Shown here: positions 36,860 to 48,445 of the stretch, one piece after another
Numbering within the stretch: position 1 is the first letter of the stretch
Layout of the letters: each line of letters begins with the position of its first letter
Assembly: GCA_963675745.2 (NCBI GenBank)
Contig: CAXXWX010000001.1
Location: forward strand, 1-64,000
From: Phycisphaerae bacterium
Lineage (GTDB): Bacteria; Planctomycetota; Phycisphaerae; UBA1845; Fen-1342
Length of the DNA: 64,000 nucleotides
Reading direction: 5' to 3'
Notes under the pieces: model-generated
Databases searched by the model: none
What the model was told of the DNA's origin: nothing
The model's input: the letters and a program-made list of their open reading frames with translations, nothing else
Translations under genes and position numbers: made by a program

Positions 36860-39573
36860 TCGTCACCTCCCGGCCCGGCGTGCCTCAGCCGTTGCTCAAA
36901 CTCCCCGGCAAACGCCGCCAGAGCGCGATCCGCTTGCGCGTCTTGCTCACTCAGCGCAGCCTGCACGCGTTTCAGCGCTTGTGCGGCCGCCGTAGTCTCA
37001 CCACGCTCCAGCGCGGCCCAACCGTGTACGATGACACTCCACCAGTCGTTGTCAACCCGGGCCAACGCTTCGGCGGCATGCACATAGGCGTCATTGAACT
37101 CCCCGGCGCGCAGTTCGGCCAGCGCCAACGTCCCGAGCACGCTCGAGTCGCCGGGGCGCACCGCGAAAGCACGGCGTGCCAGGTCGAGGGCGCGCCTCCA
37201 GTCGCGGATTTCAGTGGTCGAGGTGGTCAGCAATATCCAGGCGCTGTTCGCCAGGGCAACATCGGCGTCTTTGTCGAACTCGAGCACGTCGGCGAAGGCG
37301 CCCAGCGCCTCAGTATCGCGCCCAAGCTGCATGTAAGTATTACCGATACCAGTCAGCGCCCGGACCTTGTCCGCCCCCGGAATATCGAGGCAACGCTGAT
37401 ACACCGCCAACGCCTCGTCAAGCCGACCGGTCTTTTCGGCGATGCGTCCGCGCAGATACGCCGCGTCAAAGTGATGTGCGTCCAGCGCAGCCACCCGGTC
37501 AAGCGCATCATCCGCCGCCGCATAGTCGGCGACGCGGAATTGTGCGCGCGCCAGATGATACCAGCGCTTGACGTTCTGCGGATCGAGCTGGGCGGCGCGC
37601 GTGTATGCCAGAACCGCGTCAGCCCGCTGGTCGAGAAGCTCGTAGGCCAGCGCCAGGTTAAACCAGCACGAAGCCATGTCGGGCCCCAGCTCGACGGCGC
37701 GCTGGAGCACGGTGAGTGCATCCGTGTACTGCTTCTGCTTGATCAGCAGCGTGCCCAGGTTGTACCAGGCGAGAGCGTCGTGCGGGCGCAGGGTCCGAGC
37801 GCACTCCGCGTCGATCCGCGCCAGATCCGGCCGTCCAAGGCGGTAGCGGCGCAGGGCGCGCTCCACGAGTGCGTCAAAGTACTGCGGATCAGAGGTCAGC
37901 GCCGACGTCAGCAAGGACACGGCACGGACATCATCGTCCTGCACCAGTGCGCGCCGGTAATACGCCTCCGCAGCCGTGCCGCCCGCGCGTGGCGGCGTGG
38001 CCGAGTCGAGATTCAGTGGCGCCGTCCCCTTGCCGGCGGCGACGTCTTCGGGGTACAGACGTTCCAGCTCGCGCAGCACGCTTTGCGCTTCGCCGGCGCG
38101 CCCCAAGTGCTCCAGCGCCCTAACGCGAACCACACCCGCGCCGAATCCGCGCGGACCATCAAGCGCCAGCGTTGAGGCCAGGCGCAGCGCGTCTTCATAG
38201 TCACCGTCGTACATGCTCATGCGCGCTTCGAGCACCCGATTCGACAGTGTCGCGGCCCACGCCTGCTGGCGCGCGTCAGCGGCGGCGCGCGCGGCGTTGA
38301 TCCCATATCCGCCGGCCGCAAGGGCAAACACCAGCAGCGCCGCGAGTGCAATACGCATGCGGTGCCGTGCCATCAGCTTGCGGGATATGTACCAGACACT
38401 GGCGCGCCGGGCCTGGATCGGCTCGCCGCGAAGATAACGCTCGATATCGCGCGCCAGTTCGCCTGCGCTCTGATAGCGCCGCTCGCGTTCCTTGGTCAGT
38501 GACTTCAGCACGATCGTCTGGATCTCGCCGTCAATCGGGCACGAGCCTTCGCGTGAGTGGCTTCGCGAACGGCGCGTTATGCCGGTACTGCGGCTCCATG
38601 TGCGCGCGGGAGGTGCGGGCGCCGTCTCAGATATGTGCCGGATCACATCCGCCATCGGCCCCATGACCGGATACGGATAATCGCCGGTCAGCACCTCGTA
38701 GAGGATGACGCCCAGGGAGTAGATATCCGTGCGCGTGTCAATCTCGTCCGGATTGCCGCGCGCCTGCTCGGGCGACATGTAGGGCAATGTCCCGACCACC
38801 TGCTGCGTAAGTGAGATCGGCGTGCCCTCGGGCGCCGCAACCTGCTTGGCCAGACCAAAGTCGAGTACGCGCGGCCGGCCATCGCCGTCCACGAGGATAT
38901 TTGACGGCTTGAGATCACGATGCACGATGCCGCGTTGATGGGCGTATTGCACGGCATCGCAAACGGTCACGAACAGCCGCAAGGTCTCGTCAAGCGAGAG
39001 CTGGCGCTGACGCACATACTGCGTGATCGGCTGCCCGCGCACGTAGTCCATGACATAGTACTGGCGGCGATCGGCAGTCTCGCCGGAGTGGAAGATCGCG
39101 ATGATGTTTGGGTGCTTGAGTTGAGCGACGAGCTCGATTTCGCGCTCGAAACGCCGGCGCGCGGCCGGTGACGCATGGCGGCCTTCGAGAAGCTCCTTGA
39201 TAGCAACCTTGCGTTTGGTCGAGCGCTGCAGCGCCTGGTACACGACGCCCTGGCCGCCGTGGCTCAGCTCGGCGACAATTTCATATCCGGGAAACTCGTC
39301 GACAGGCAATGGCGGGCGCTCGCTGCCTCCCCCCGACGCGCGCGTCTCGTCGTGCCGCGCGATGTCACTGCCCGAACGAGTCATCTGGCGCAGTCGCTCC
39401 ACCAGCGGGAGCGAGCCGAGCTCTTCGACCAGCTCCGGCAGCAAGTCCGGGTGGCTCGCGATAATCTCCTGATCGGGCAGCACCTCCCCGGTGGCCCGGC
39501 GGCGCAGAACGTCATCCAGGACGCCGTGAAGGCGCTCGAGACGACTACCGCCCTCAGCTCCTCCCTGGTTCAT
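36856..39573 (-). CDS. Membrane Ser/Thr protein kinase with C-terminal 34-aa TPRs
   Basis: [41 protein letters not shown]; one TM; AWYNLG-type TPRs. Confidence 0.95.
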   Translation of the reverse strand: MNQGGAEGGSRLERLHGVLDDVLRRRATGEVLPDQEIIASHPDLLPELVEELGSLPLVERLRQMTRSGSDIARHDETRASGGGSERPPLPVDEFPGYEIVAELSHGGQGVVYQALQRSTKRKVAIKELLEGRHASPAARRRFEREIELVAQLKHPNIIAIFHSGETADRRQYYVMDYVRGQPITQYVRQRQLSLDETLRLFVTVCDAVQYAHQRGIVHRDLKPSNILVDGDGRPRVLDFGLAKQVAAPEGTPISLTQQVVGTLPYMSPEQARGNPDEIDTRTDIYSLGVILYEVLTGDYPYPVMGPMADVIRHISETAPAPPARTWSRSTGITRRSRSHSREGSCPIDGEIQTIVLKSLTKERERRYQSAGELARDIERYLRGEPIQARRASVWYISRKLMARHRMRIALAALLVFALAAGGYGINAARAAADARQQAWAATLSNRVLEARMSMYDGDYEDALRLASTLALDGPRGFGAGVVRVRALEHLGRAGEAQSVLRELERLYPEDVAAGKGTAPLNLDSATPPRAGGTAAEAYYRRALVQDDDVRAVSLLTSALTSDPQYFDALVERALRRYRLGRPDLARIDAECARTLRPHDALAWYNLGTLLIKQKQYTDALTVLQRAVELGPDMASCWFNLALAYELLDQRADAVLAYTRAAQLDPQNVKRWYHLARAQFRVADYAAADDALDRVAALDAHHFDAAYLRGRIAEKTGRLDEALAVYQRCLDIPGADKVRALTGIGNTYMQLGRDTEALGAFADVLEFDKDADVALANSAWILLTTSTTEIRDWRRALDLARRAFAVRPGDSSVLGTLALAELRAGEFNDAYVHAAEALARVDNDWWSVIVHGWAALERGETTAAAQALKRVQAALSEQDAQADRALAAFAGEFEQRLRHAGPGGDE

Positions 39574-39713
39574 AGCTACGTCTCATTGACGGCACAATCT
39601 TACTTAATGAACTGATGCCGATGGCCGGCCGCATTCCGCCACAGGGCACATTTCCAATTGGACATTGTCGCGCGAGACTGACATTCTGACACGAAATCGG
39701 CGCATTTCTCCGC

Positions 39714-42700
39714 TTACTCGTCGGGTTGGCCGTCGGAAGTCTGGTTTTCGGCCTCGGCGGCATCCAGCGCGCCCCGCCAATTCGCCTCCTGCTCGGGTTT
39801 TCCCCAGGCATCATAAAGGCTGATCAAACCGCGCATCGTGCGCAGCGCACGTTCGGGGTCACACCCGGGGGCTGTGGAAAGCACGTCGTATGCCCGCAGC
39901 AGCCGCTTCTCCGACTCCTCGAAGTCGCCAACGCGTGATAGCAGCGCGCCGTAGGCTCCATTGACGATCGCGCGCGTGACGTCATCGTCCGGGAGGTTCT
40001 GTTCGCACCAGTTCAGCGACTCTTCGAATAGCGGCCGGGCTTCGTCGTCGCGTTCCAACTCTGCGAGCACGCGCGCGAGGTTATACGTCCAGATCACCGT
40101 GCGACGCTCGTCGCTGTCGGGTGAGCGTTTCAGCCGCGCAAGCACGTCGCGGTGCACGGGCTCGGCATCGGCCCAGTGGTCCTGAAGGCGAATGGCTATC
40201 GCCAGGTCCATCTTGGCATAGAGAATCGCGTTGTCGTTGACCGCGTCGCCCAGCCGGTCGTAGAGCGCAAGGCGTTCCCGGCTGAGTGCCTCCAACTCGG
40301 GCCAATGCTCGAGCTCGCTGAGCAGAATCCCGTACTGACCCGCCGTCTCAAGCGTCTTGGCGTGATCCTCGCCAAGCACCTCGCGCTGATCAGCCAACAA
40401 CGCGCGGTAGACGGCTTCAGACTCCGCGTACTTCTTCAGGTCCTTGAGCACGCGCGCCAGACAATAGCGCGAAAGCAGCGTGCTGTTGTGCGTGGGGCCC
40501 AGTAGATCCGATTCGCCGGCTATCACCTCGCGAAAGAGCGGCTCGGCTTCGGCGGGATTGCCCGCCTCCCAGGTGCGCAGCGCCATCGAGTACAGCGCTC
40601 TCAGCGTTGCCGCCGCATCTTCACCAAAACGCTCACGGCAACGCTCGTACACCTGGCGGTGAAGTTCCGCGGCCTCCGCGTTGCGTCCCTGGCCCGCGCG
40701 TAGATTCGCAAACAGATCCAGGGCCGTGAGCGTGTCCGGATGGTCTTCGCCCAGCGCGCGCTGACACAACTCGACGCCCTCGACGAACAACGGCTCGGCC
40801 TCGTCGAAACGCTCTTGATCCACCAGGTAGTCGGCCAGCCGCACCAGCGCGCGCGCATAATCCGGGTGATCCGGGCCAAGCGTGCGGCGTTGCGCCTCGA
40901 CGACGCGGCGTTGAAGCGCCTCGGCACGGACGAGATCGCCGCTGTCGGCGACGATGCGGGCAACATTCGACGCCATCAGCAGCGTCATTGCATGTTCATC
41001 ACCCAGCTTGCCTTTCGAGGCGCGCAGGGCCACTTCAAAGCACTCAGCCGCTTCGGGATATTCACCGTGTTCATAAAGCACGTAGCCCAGGTTGTTAAGC
41101 ACGCCCAGCGTGGTGGGATGCTCGTCGCCCAGTGTCCGCCGGCACGCATCGAGCACGTCGCGGAGAATTGCGATGGCCTCATCACGGCCGCCTTCCTGAT
41201 GCAGCGCCATCGCAAGATTCGATCGGGCCAGCAGGTAATGCGGGTGCTCCGGTCCGAGCACGCGCAGCGCCGTATCAGCGATATCACGCAAGGTCTGAGC
41301 GCCGTCTTCAAAGTGGCCGCGCTCGACCTGGGTCCAACCGATATTGTTCCGCATGATTATCGTGATGGGGTGATCGTCGCCGAGCGTCCGCCGCAGACCT
41401 TCGAGGCCCTCGCGGTAAAGCGCCAGGGCGCCGTCGTAATCGGCCTGCTCGATGAGCAGCATCCCGAGGTTATTGATCACCCGCAGCGTCAACTCGTGAT
41501 CATCACCCAGCGTTCTCCGGCAGGTCGCCAGCGCTTCGCGGTACAGCGGCTCGGAATCGCCGTACTTGCCTTGGCGCTCGTACAACAACGCCAGGTTGTT
41601 CATGGCCTTCGCGGTCAGCTCATCCTCCGCACCGAACTCACGCCGGCAGAGCTCCAGGGCGTGACGGCAGCGCGCCTCGGCGTCGGTGAACTCCCCGGCC
41701 TCCATCAATGTGACACCCAGCGCGATGAGCGTTTCCAGAGTGTCGCGGTGCTCCTCGCCGAGCAGTTCCTTGCGAAGTGCATACGCCTTTGTTAGCTGGG
41801 AACGCCCTGATGCCAATTCGCCGAGCCCGGTATAGGTTTCGCCAAGCGTCTGGCGCACCGCGGCCTCGACCTCCGGCTGTCCGCGCAGCGAACCCTGGTC
41901 AATCTCGCGCGCCGCCTCATCCAGCACGTCGCGAACCGCGACATCCCGGCCGCGCGCCGCGCTCGGATCAACCGAGGCCAGCATGTCCCGCAGGAAGCGG
42001 CTCACGGCCGCGGCCTTGGCAGCTTCGAGGCGCGCTTCCTCGGCGCTGGCCTGCGCCGCCCGGCGCTGCGCCGACTCGGCGCTGCGCGCCTCTTCCGCCG
42101 CGCGGCGTTGCCGTTGCTCGGCTGATTGCGCGGCATGGGCGGCATCCCGTTGCTCGACGGCCTGACGCCAGAAGGCGAAAGACGTCACGAAGCCGGCGGT
42201 GACCACGGCGAGTATCACCAGTGCGGCGATGGCCGCGATGCGATAACGCTGAAGCTGCTTGCGCAACAGGTAGGCCAGCGAATCACGCTTCGCCTCAATC
42301 GGCTCACCTGCAAGATAGTGCCGAATATCGCGTCCGAGATCGCCCGCGCTTTGATACCTGCGCTCGCGCTCTTTGGCCAGCGCCTTGGTGATGATCGTCT
42401 GTACTTCCGCGTCGATTGGGCAGGTGCCGATGCGAACCTGGCTGCTCGAGCGCTTGGTCACACCCTTATCGACACGCCAGACGCTGGACAGCGGCGAGGG
42501 CGGCGATTCGGCTATGTGACGCAATACCTCGGTTACGTTCCCCACAACCGGGTATGGATAGGTGCCCGTCAACAGCTCGTAGAGCGTTACACCCAGTGCA
42601 TAGATGTCCGTGCGCGTATCGATCTCGTCCGGGTTGCCGCGGGCCTGCTCGGGTGACAGATAGGGCAGCGTGCCGACGACCTGTTGTGACACCGATACCA

Positions 42701-43451
42701 GCGATTCTGAGGGAGTGGTCGCCTGCCGGGCAAGCCCGAAGTCAAAAATGTGCGGCCGCCCGTCGGCGTCAACCAGAATGTTGCCCGGCTTCAGGTCGCG
42801 GTGGATCACGCCGCGCTGATGGGCATACTGAACCGCGTCGCAAACGTCGGCGAAGAGCTTCAGCGTCTCATCCAATGGGAGCTTCAGCTCGCCGACGTGT
42901 TCATGCAGCAGTTTCCCGCGCACGTAGTCCATTACGTAATACTGCTGTCCGTCGCGCGTCTGACCGGAGTGGTAAATCGAGATGATGCCGGGGTGCTTGA
43001 GTTGTGCGACAAGTTCGATTTCGCGCTCGAACCGCCGGCGCGATGACCGGGTGGCGAAGCGGCCGGCCAGCAAAACCTTGATGGCGACTTTGCGCTTCGT
43101 GGAGCGCTGCATGGCCTGATAGACGATGCCCTGCCCGCCGTGGCTCAGCTCCCCGACCAGGTCATACCCCGGGAACTGCTCGCTGAACGACGCGGCGATG
43201 TCCGCCTCGTCGCCTGTTTGCGCCGCCGGGGCTGAAGAGCACGTCTGGGGGCTGGCAGCCAGGTTCCGCAGCCGCTCCACCATCGAGAGCGATTGCAGCT
43301 CTTCGCCGAGTTCCGGCATCAGGTCCGGATGGGCCGCGATGATCTTTTGATCAGCGAGCGACTCACCGGCGGCGCGCCGACGCAGAGCGTCGTCGAGCAC
43401 TTCGTGTACGCGATCCAGGCGGCTTTCTTGTGTGTCCTCGCCCGGCGGCAT
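39714..43451 (-). CDS. Membrane Ser/Thr protein kinase with ~12 42-aa (LGxxHPxTL) TPRs
   Basis: GGQGIVY, VAIK, HRDLKPGN, DFGLAR, SPEQARG; TM, coiled coil, LGEEH/LGDDH repeats; GGAGG RBS before ATG 43451. Confidence 0.95.
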   Translation of the reverse strand: MPPGEDTQESRLDRVHEVLDDALRRRAAGESLADQKIIAAHPDLMPELGEELQSLSMVERLRNLAASPQTCSSAPAAQTGDEADIAASFSEQFPGYDLVGELSHGGQGIVYQAMQRSTKRKVAIKVLLAGRFATRSSRRRFEREIELVAQLKHPGIISIYHSGQTRDGQQYYVMDYVRGKLLHEHVGELKLPLDETLKLFADVCDAVQYAHQRGVIHRDLKPGNILVDADGRPHIFDFGLARQATTPSESLVSVSQQVVGTLPYLSPEQARGNPDEIDTRTDIYALGVTLYELLTGTYPYPVVGNVTEVLRHIAESPPSPLSSVWRVDKGVTKRSSSQVRIGTCPIDAEVQTIITKALAKERERRYQSAGDLGRDIRHYLAGEPIEAKRDSLAYLLRKQLQRYRIAAIAALVILAVVTAGFVTSFAFWRQAVEQRDAAHAAQSAEQRQRRAAEEARSAESAQRRAAQASAEEARLEAAKAAAVSRFLRDMLASVDPSAARGRDVAVRDVLDEAAREIDQGSLRGQPEVEAAVRQTLGETYTGLGELASGRSQLTKAYALRKELLGEEHRDTLETLIALGVTLMEAGEFTDAEARCRHALELCRREFGAEDELTAKAMNNLALLYERQGKYGDSEPLYREALATCRRTLGDDHELTLRVINNLGMLLIEQADYDGALALYREGLEGLRRTLGDDHPITIIMRNNIGWTQVERGHFEDGAQTLRDIADTALRVLGPEHPHYLLARSNLAMALHQEGGRDEAIAILRDVLDACRRTLGDEHPTTLGVLNNLGYVLYEHGEYPEAAECFEVALRASKGKLGDEHAMTLLMASNVARIVADSGDLVRAEALQRRVVEAQRRTLGPDHPDYARALVRLADYLVDQERFDEAEPLFVEGVELCQRALGEDHPDTLTALDLFANLRAGQGRNAEAAELHRQVYERCRERFGEDAAATLRALYSMALRTWEAGNPAEAEPLFREVIAGESDLLGPTHNSTLLSRYCLARVLKDLKKYAESEAVYRALLADQREVLGEDHAKTLETAGQYGILLSELEHWPELEALSRERLALYDRLGDAVNDNAILYAKMDLAIAIRLQDHWADAEPVHRDVLARLKRSPDSDERRTVIWTYNLARVLAELERDDEARPLFEESLNWCEQNLPDDDVTRAIVNGAYGALLSRVGDFEESEKRLLRAYDVLSTAPGCDPERALRTMRGLISLYDAWGKPEQEANWRGALDAAEAENQTSDGQPDE

Positions 43452-43892
43452 TCCCACAAACCTCCCGTGGCAAGTCTCCGTACGGTCTCGCAGGCGACGA
43501 TGTGCCGGCCCTGAGCGGCCGCCGGAGTCGGTCCGATAGCTAAGTATACCGCAATACCCCCGCTGGAGGGGAGCGGCCGCGGCTCGCCACAGCAAACCGA
43601 GGTCCACATTGCATCGCCACAGGTGACCCGATAGACTCAACTTAGGTTCGTAATGGCCTGATAGCGGCAGGGGCCGACTACTGGCAAGAACGGGTGTCGT
43701 GGAAGGCCGAAGAAAACGCGTTGACGGCAAACGCTCCCAGCGAGCGCCGGCCGGTAACACGAATTCACGGCTGACCACGTGGTCCGCGCTGTGTGACCAC
43801 ATCAACACCCTTTTCGCACGCAAACCGTTGATTTGCCGATGACCTCAACAACACGCATTTTTCCTGTTCACCCATGGAGAGTGGAGACGCAC

Positions 43893-46800
43893 ATGCATAG
43901 GAAGCAGATACACGTGCAACTTATCGGGCTGGCGACGCTGATCGCCTTGCTGCCGGCGACCAGCGCACAAATGCGCGGCGTCAACGATCCCACCGCTGTG
44001 ATGTGGCGCGGGGGTACCGAGTTATTGCAGGCCCAAACGCCGGCGCAAGCGATCGCCGTAATCGATAACGCGCTCGCCGTCGGTGACGAGCATGTCATCA
44101 TGCAGTTCTCGCAACCGCTCAGCCGCGCCGAGCGCGAGCAGTTGCAGGCCGCGGGCGTCACCCTGCTCGACTATCTGAGCAACAACGCATTCTTCGCGGC
44201 GGTATCGCCGCAACATTATTCCGCCGGCGCCCTGACATCGGTTGGTGCATTGCGTACCGTTCAACCCGTAGACGCTCGCCAGAAACTGCATCCGTCGATC
44301 GCCGCCGGTGAGATCGCGCCGTGGTCGGTGATTGACAAGTCAGCGCAGGACGCCAAGACGCCGTTGGAACCCGGTGACAACCCGCTTGTCGCCGCCTATG
44401 TGCTATTCCACCGCGACATTGACACGGCCCGCGATGGTGTCGCGCTGGTCCAGATGTATGGCGGTACGGTGCGCTCGGTGCTCAAGAGCGTCAACGGTCT
44501 GGTCGCGCATCTGCCATACGACGAGCTGGCCGGATTGGTGGAGGAAGATGCGGTCATGTGGATCGAGCCCCCCCTGCCCAAAATGTCGGGCACGAACGAC
44601 AGCAACCGGGCGCGGGTCGGCGCCGACGAAGCCCAGACCGCTCCGTACGGGCTGGATGGCTCGGGCATCGTGGTGTTGATCTATGATGGTGGTACCGCTG
44701 ACGCGAGCCACCCCGATTTCGGCGGACGCGCTTTTGTCCGCGACACATCCGGAACGCACTATCACTCCACACACGTCGCCGGCACGGTCGGCGGTGATGG
44801 CACAAGCAGCGGTGGCACCTATCGCGGAATGGCCCCCGGCGTCACGCTCGAATCCTACGGCTTCGAGCAGGAGGGCGGCTTGCAGGAGGGTTTCCTCTAC
44901 ACCGATCCCGGCGACATCGAGGCGGATTACGGCGAGGCCATCAACACCTACGGCGTGGATATCTCCAACAACTCCATCGGCTCCAATACCGCGCCCAACG
45001 GCTTCCCTTGCGAGTGGGAAGGTGATTACGGCGTGACCGCGTCCGTCATCGACGGCATCGTGCGCGGCAGCCTCAGCGGCGGCGACCCGTTCCGTATCGT
45101 CTGGGCCAACGGGAACGAACGCAGCAGCGGCCGCTGTGGTACGACGTATCTGACCACCGCGCCGCCGGCCTGCGGCAAAAACCACATCACGGTCGGCGCG
45201 TTGAATTCCAATGACGACTCGGTCACCGACTTCACCAGTTGGGGCCCCACGGAAGACGGTCGCCTGAAACCCGACATCTCCGCCCCGGGCTGCCAGTCCG
45301 ACGATGATTTCGGCGTAACCTCGTGCAACTCCGGCGGCGGTTACACCTCGCTGTGCGGAACCTCAATGGCCGCGCCAACAGTCTGTGGGATGGGCGCCCT
45401 GATGCTCCAGGATTTCCGTCAGCAGTATCCCGGTGATCCTGACCCGCGCAACTCGACGCTCAAGGCGATTCTCGCACACACCGCGGTCGACATTCACAAC
45501 ACGGGCCCCGACTATCAGAGCGGCTACGGTTCGGTCCGCGTCATCCCGGCCATCGATTTGATGCGCGCCGGCAATTTCATCGAGGCCGAGGTCGATCAAA
45601 GTGGCCTCTACTCGGTACTGGTCTATGTCAATCCCGGCGACGATGAGCTGAAGGTCACGCTGGCCTGGGACGATCCGCCGGGCACGCCGAATGTGTATCC
45701 CAGCCTGGTCAACGATCTCGAGCTGCGCGTCTTTGATCCTTCCAGCACGCGCTATTATCCGTGGACACTCGATCCGGCCAACCCGAGCGCCCCCGCCGTG
45801 CGGACGCAGGATGATCATCTCAACAATCTCGAACAGGTCGTGATCGACAACCCCGCACCGGGCGCCTACCGCGTTGAAATCTATGGCTACAACGTACCTG
45901 ATGGGCCACAGCCGTTCTCGCTGAGCGCCACGCCGCTGCTGATTAACTGCTCATCGCAGGGCACGATCGCGCTGGATCGCCCGAAGTACGCGTGTGAGGG
46001 TTCGGCGCTCGTCCGGGTTATCGACTGCGATCTCAATACGAACGACCTCATTATCGAAACCGTGACCGTCACAGTCGCATCCACGACCGAGCCGGGCGGC
46101 GAGACGTTGCTGCTCACTGAAACGTCGGCGGAATCCGCCACCTTTGATGCAACTCTCGTCCTGAGCGAAACCGATGCAGCCGGCGTGTTGCAGATCTCGG
46201 ACGGCGACACGGTTACGGCAACCTATATCGACGCGGATGACGGCGCAGGCGGCACGAATGTCACCGTCGAAGCAACGAGCGTTGTCGATTGTTCTCCACC
46301 TGTCATTTCGAATGTCGTCGTGACGGAGATTAACCCGCGCGACGCCACCATCACCTTTGACACCGACGAGCCGGCAAACTGCACCGTCTTCTACGGTCTC
46401 GACTGTGCGGCACTGACGGAGAGCGCCTCCGGGGCGGGCTTCCAAACGGCTCATTCGATCCGGCTTTCCAGTCTCACTGACAACACCACCTACTTCTTCA
46501 GCATCGAGGCCGAGGATCAGGCCGCCAATGTGTCCACCGATGACAACGGCGGCGCTTGCTACGCGTTTACCACGCCGGAGATTCCCGACTTCTTTACCGA
46601 GTTGTTCAGCAGCGACAATGATCTGGACAACATCAGCCTGCACTTCATCCCGGTCGGCGGATATGAGTTCTACGCCGGCTGTGTGGAGCCGATCACCGTG
46701 CTGCCGACCGATCCGGCCACCGGCACGCCGATCTCGTTGAGCGACGATTCCTACGACACGATCACGCTCACCGGCAGCCCGGTCAGCCTGTACGGCACGA

Positions 46801-48224
46801 CTTACAGCACGTTTTACGTGGGCAGCAACGGTTTCATTACCTTCAGCAGCGGCAGCACCAGCACCAGCGAGTCGCTCGAAAATCACTTCAGCCAGCCGCG
46901 CATTTCGGGTTTGTACGATGACCTCAACCCGGCGTCCGGCGGCACGGTAAGCTGGGAGGAGTTTGCCGACCGCGTGGTGGTCACCTGGCTTAACGTGCTG
47001 GAATACAACACGTCGAACGCCAACACCTTCCAGATCGAGATGTACTTCGACGGGCAGATCACGATCAGCTATCTCGACATAACCATCAGTGACGGTCTGG
47101 CGGGCCTCTCGGCCGGCGGTGGCGTGCCGCTGGACTTCTTCGAGTCCGACCTGTCGGGTATGGGCAGTTGTGGCCCGCGTCCGCCGAGCGCGTCGAACGC
47201 CGAAGTCAGCACGCCATTCGACACACCGATCTCGATCACGCTGCAAGCCGGCGATGATGGCCTGCCCGATCCGCCGGCGACACTGACCTACGTGGTTACA
47301 GCATTGCCGGCCCATGGCACGCTGAGCGAACCGGGTGTTGGCACGATCACGTATGTTCCGTGGACGCTGACCGCTTCAGTGAACGTGGTCGATTACACTC
47401 CTGCGCCGGCGTATGGCGGCACGGACAACTTCACGTTCGTCGCCGATGACGGTGGCGTGGCTCCCGACGGCGGCGAGTCAAATACCGCAACCATCTCGAT
47501 TACCGTCGGCGGCCCGCAGGTTGTCTACGATTTCCCGATGGACAGTGATCCCAACTGGACCGCCGAGGGCGCCTGGGCCTTTGGAACACCCACCGGCGGC
47601 GGTTCGCACAACCTCGACCCCACCAGCGGGCATACCGGCGACAACGTCTACGGCTATAACCTGGCCGGCGACTACACCGACGGCATGCCGGTCTATTACC
47701 TGACGACCGCCGCGCTGGACTGCACCGATGTGACCGAGACCGAGCTGCGCTTCTGGCGCTGGCTGGGCGTCGAGTCATCGCGCTACGATCAAGCCGACCT
47801 GGCCGTCTCCAACGACGGCGCCGCGTGGACCACGTTGTGGCTGCACGACGGCGAGGCCATCAGCGAGTCGGCGTGGTCGGAGTACGTCTATGACATCTCG
47901 GCGATCGCGGATGGCCAGGCCACGCTGTTCGTGCGTTGGGGTATCGGCCCGACCGACGGCTCGGTCACCTATCCTGGCTGGAACATCGACGACGTGCAGA
48001 TTTGGGGCCTGGCCCCGTATGTTCCGCCGACATTGGGTGACGTAAACTGCGACGGCGTCATCAACAACGGCGACATCGACCCATTCGTACTTGCCGTAAC
48101 CGATCCGGTCGCCTACCAGGCGGCGTATCCGAGCTGTGACATTAATCACGCAGACTGCAATCAGGATGGAGATATCAACAACGGCGACATCGACGCGTTT
48201 CTTGATTTGCTCGCCGGCGCGTAG
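43893..48224 (+). CDS. Secreted multidomain S8 subtilase (FN3-like, nidogen-like, Ig-like and jelly-roll domains) with dockerin-like tail
   Basis: Triad YDGG / HSTHVAG / GTSMAAP, ANGNE oxyanion motif, KPDISAPG, KVTLAWDD; NNGDID x2. Confidence 0.92.
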   Translation: MHRKQIHVQLIGLATLIALLPATSAQMRGVNDPTAVMWRGGTELLQAQTPAQAIAVIDNALAVGDEHVIMQFSQPLSRAEREQLQAAGVTLLDYLSNNAFFAAVSPQHYSAGALTSVGALRTVQPVDARQKLHPSIAAGEIAPWSVIDKSAQDAKTPLEPGDNPLVAAYVLFHRDIDTARDGVALVQMYGGTVRSVLKSVNGLVAHLPYDELAGLVEEDAVMWIEPPLPKMSGTNDSNRARVGADEAQTAPYGLDGSGIVVLIYDGGTADASHPDFGGRAFVRDTSGTHYHSTHVAGTVGGDGTSSGGTYRGMAPGVTLESYGFEQEGGLQEGFLYTDPGDIEADYGEAINTYGVDISNNSIGSNTAPNGFPCEWEGDYGVTASVIDGIVRGSLSGGDPFRIVWANGNERSSGRCGTTYLTTAPPACGKNHITVGALNSNDDSVTDFTSWGPTEDGRLKPDISAPGCQSDDDFGVTSCNSGGGYTSLCGTSMAAPTVCGMGALMLQDFRQQYPGDPDPRNSTLKAILAHTAVDIHNTGPDYQSGYGSVRVIPAIDLMRAGNFIEAEVDQSGLYSVLVYVNPGDDELKVTLAWDDPPGTPNVYPSLVNDLELRVFDPSSTRYYPWTLDPANPSAPAVRTQDDHLNNLEQVVIDNPAPGAYRVEIYGYNVPDGPQPFSLSATPLLINCSSQGTIALDRPKYACEGSALVRVIDCDLNTNDLIIETVTVTVASTTEPGGETLLLTETSAESATFDATLVLSETDAAGVLQISDGDTVTATYIDADDGAGGTNVTVEATSVVDCSPPVISNVVVTEINPRDATITFDTDEPANCTVFYGLDCAALTESASGAGFQTAHSIRLSSLTDNTTYFFSIEAEDQAANVSTDDNGGACYAFTTPEIPDFFTELFSSDNDLDNISLHFIPVGGYEFYAGCVEPITVLPTDPATGTPISLSDDSYDTITLTGSPVSLYGTTYSTFYVGSNGFITFSSGSTSTSESLENHFSQPRISGLYDDLNPASGGTVSWEEFADRVVVTWLNVLEYNTSNANTFQIEMYFDGQITISYLDITISDGLAGLSAGGGVPLDFFESDLSGMGSCGPRPPSASNAEVSTPFDTPISITLQAGDDGLPDPPATLTYVVTALPAHGTLSEPGVGTITYVPWTLTASVNVVDYTPAPAYGGTDNFTFVADDGGVAPDGGESNTATISITVGGPQVVYDFPMDSDPNWTAEGAWAFGTPTGGGSHNLDPTSGHTGDNVYGYNLAGDYTDGMPVYYLTTAALDCTDVTETELRFWRWLGVESSRYDQADLAVSNDGAAWTTLWLHDGEAISESAWSEYVYDISAIADGQATLFVRWGIGPTDGSVTYPGWNIDDVQIWGLAPYVPPTLGDVNCDGVINNGDIDPFVLAVTDPVAYQAAYPSCDINHADCNQDGDINNGDIDAFLDLLAGA

Positions 48225-48242
48225 GCGATTCAACGGCAACCA

Positions 48243-48295
48243 GGTGCGACAAGGCGCATCCCACCCAACAGGCGTGGGGTGCGTCTTGACGCACC
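48243..48295. repeat. Inverted REP doublet (GTRG-GGTGCGTC..GACGCACC type)
   Basis: GGTGCGACAAGGCGCATCCCAC versus the reverse complement of GTGGGGTGCGTCTTGACGCACC (3 mismatches). Confidence 0.7.
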
Positions 48296-48445
48296 GTCGT
48301 ATTTGGTGTTCGGCGTACTGGTGCCGCAGGTATTGGGATTTCAGCGATAGAATACAAGATGTCAGTGGGGCCCCACCGCTTGCTATGGGGGGCGGATGAG
48401 CAAACAGTCTGGAAGACAGCGTTTTCTTGAGTAAGGAGATGGCTC

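Noticed and set aside
43452..43823. Extended N-termini given by the ORF track (also for aspS, wecB, GT4, TPR, MFP and the 59469 ORF)
   Set aside because: Downstream starts have RBSs and match family or paralog N-termini; the extensions look non-coding.
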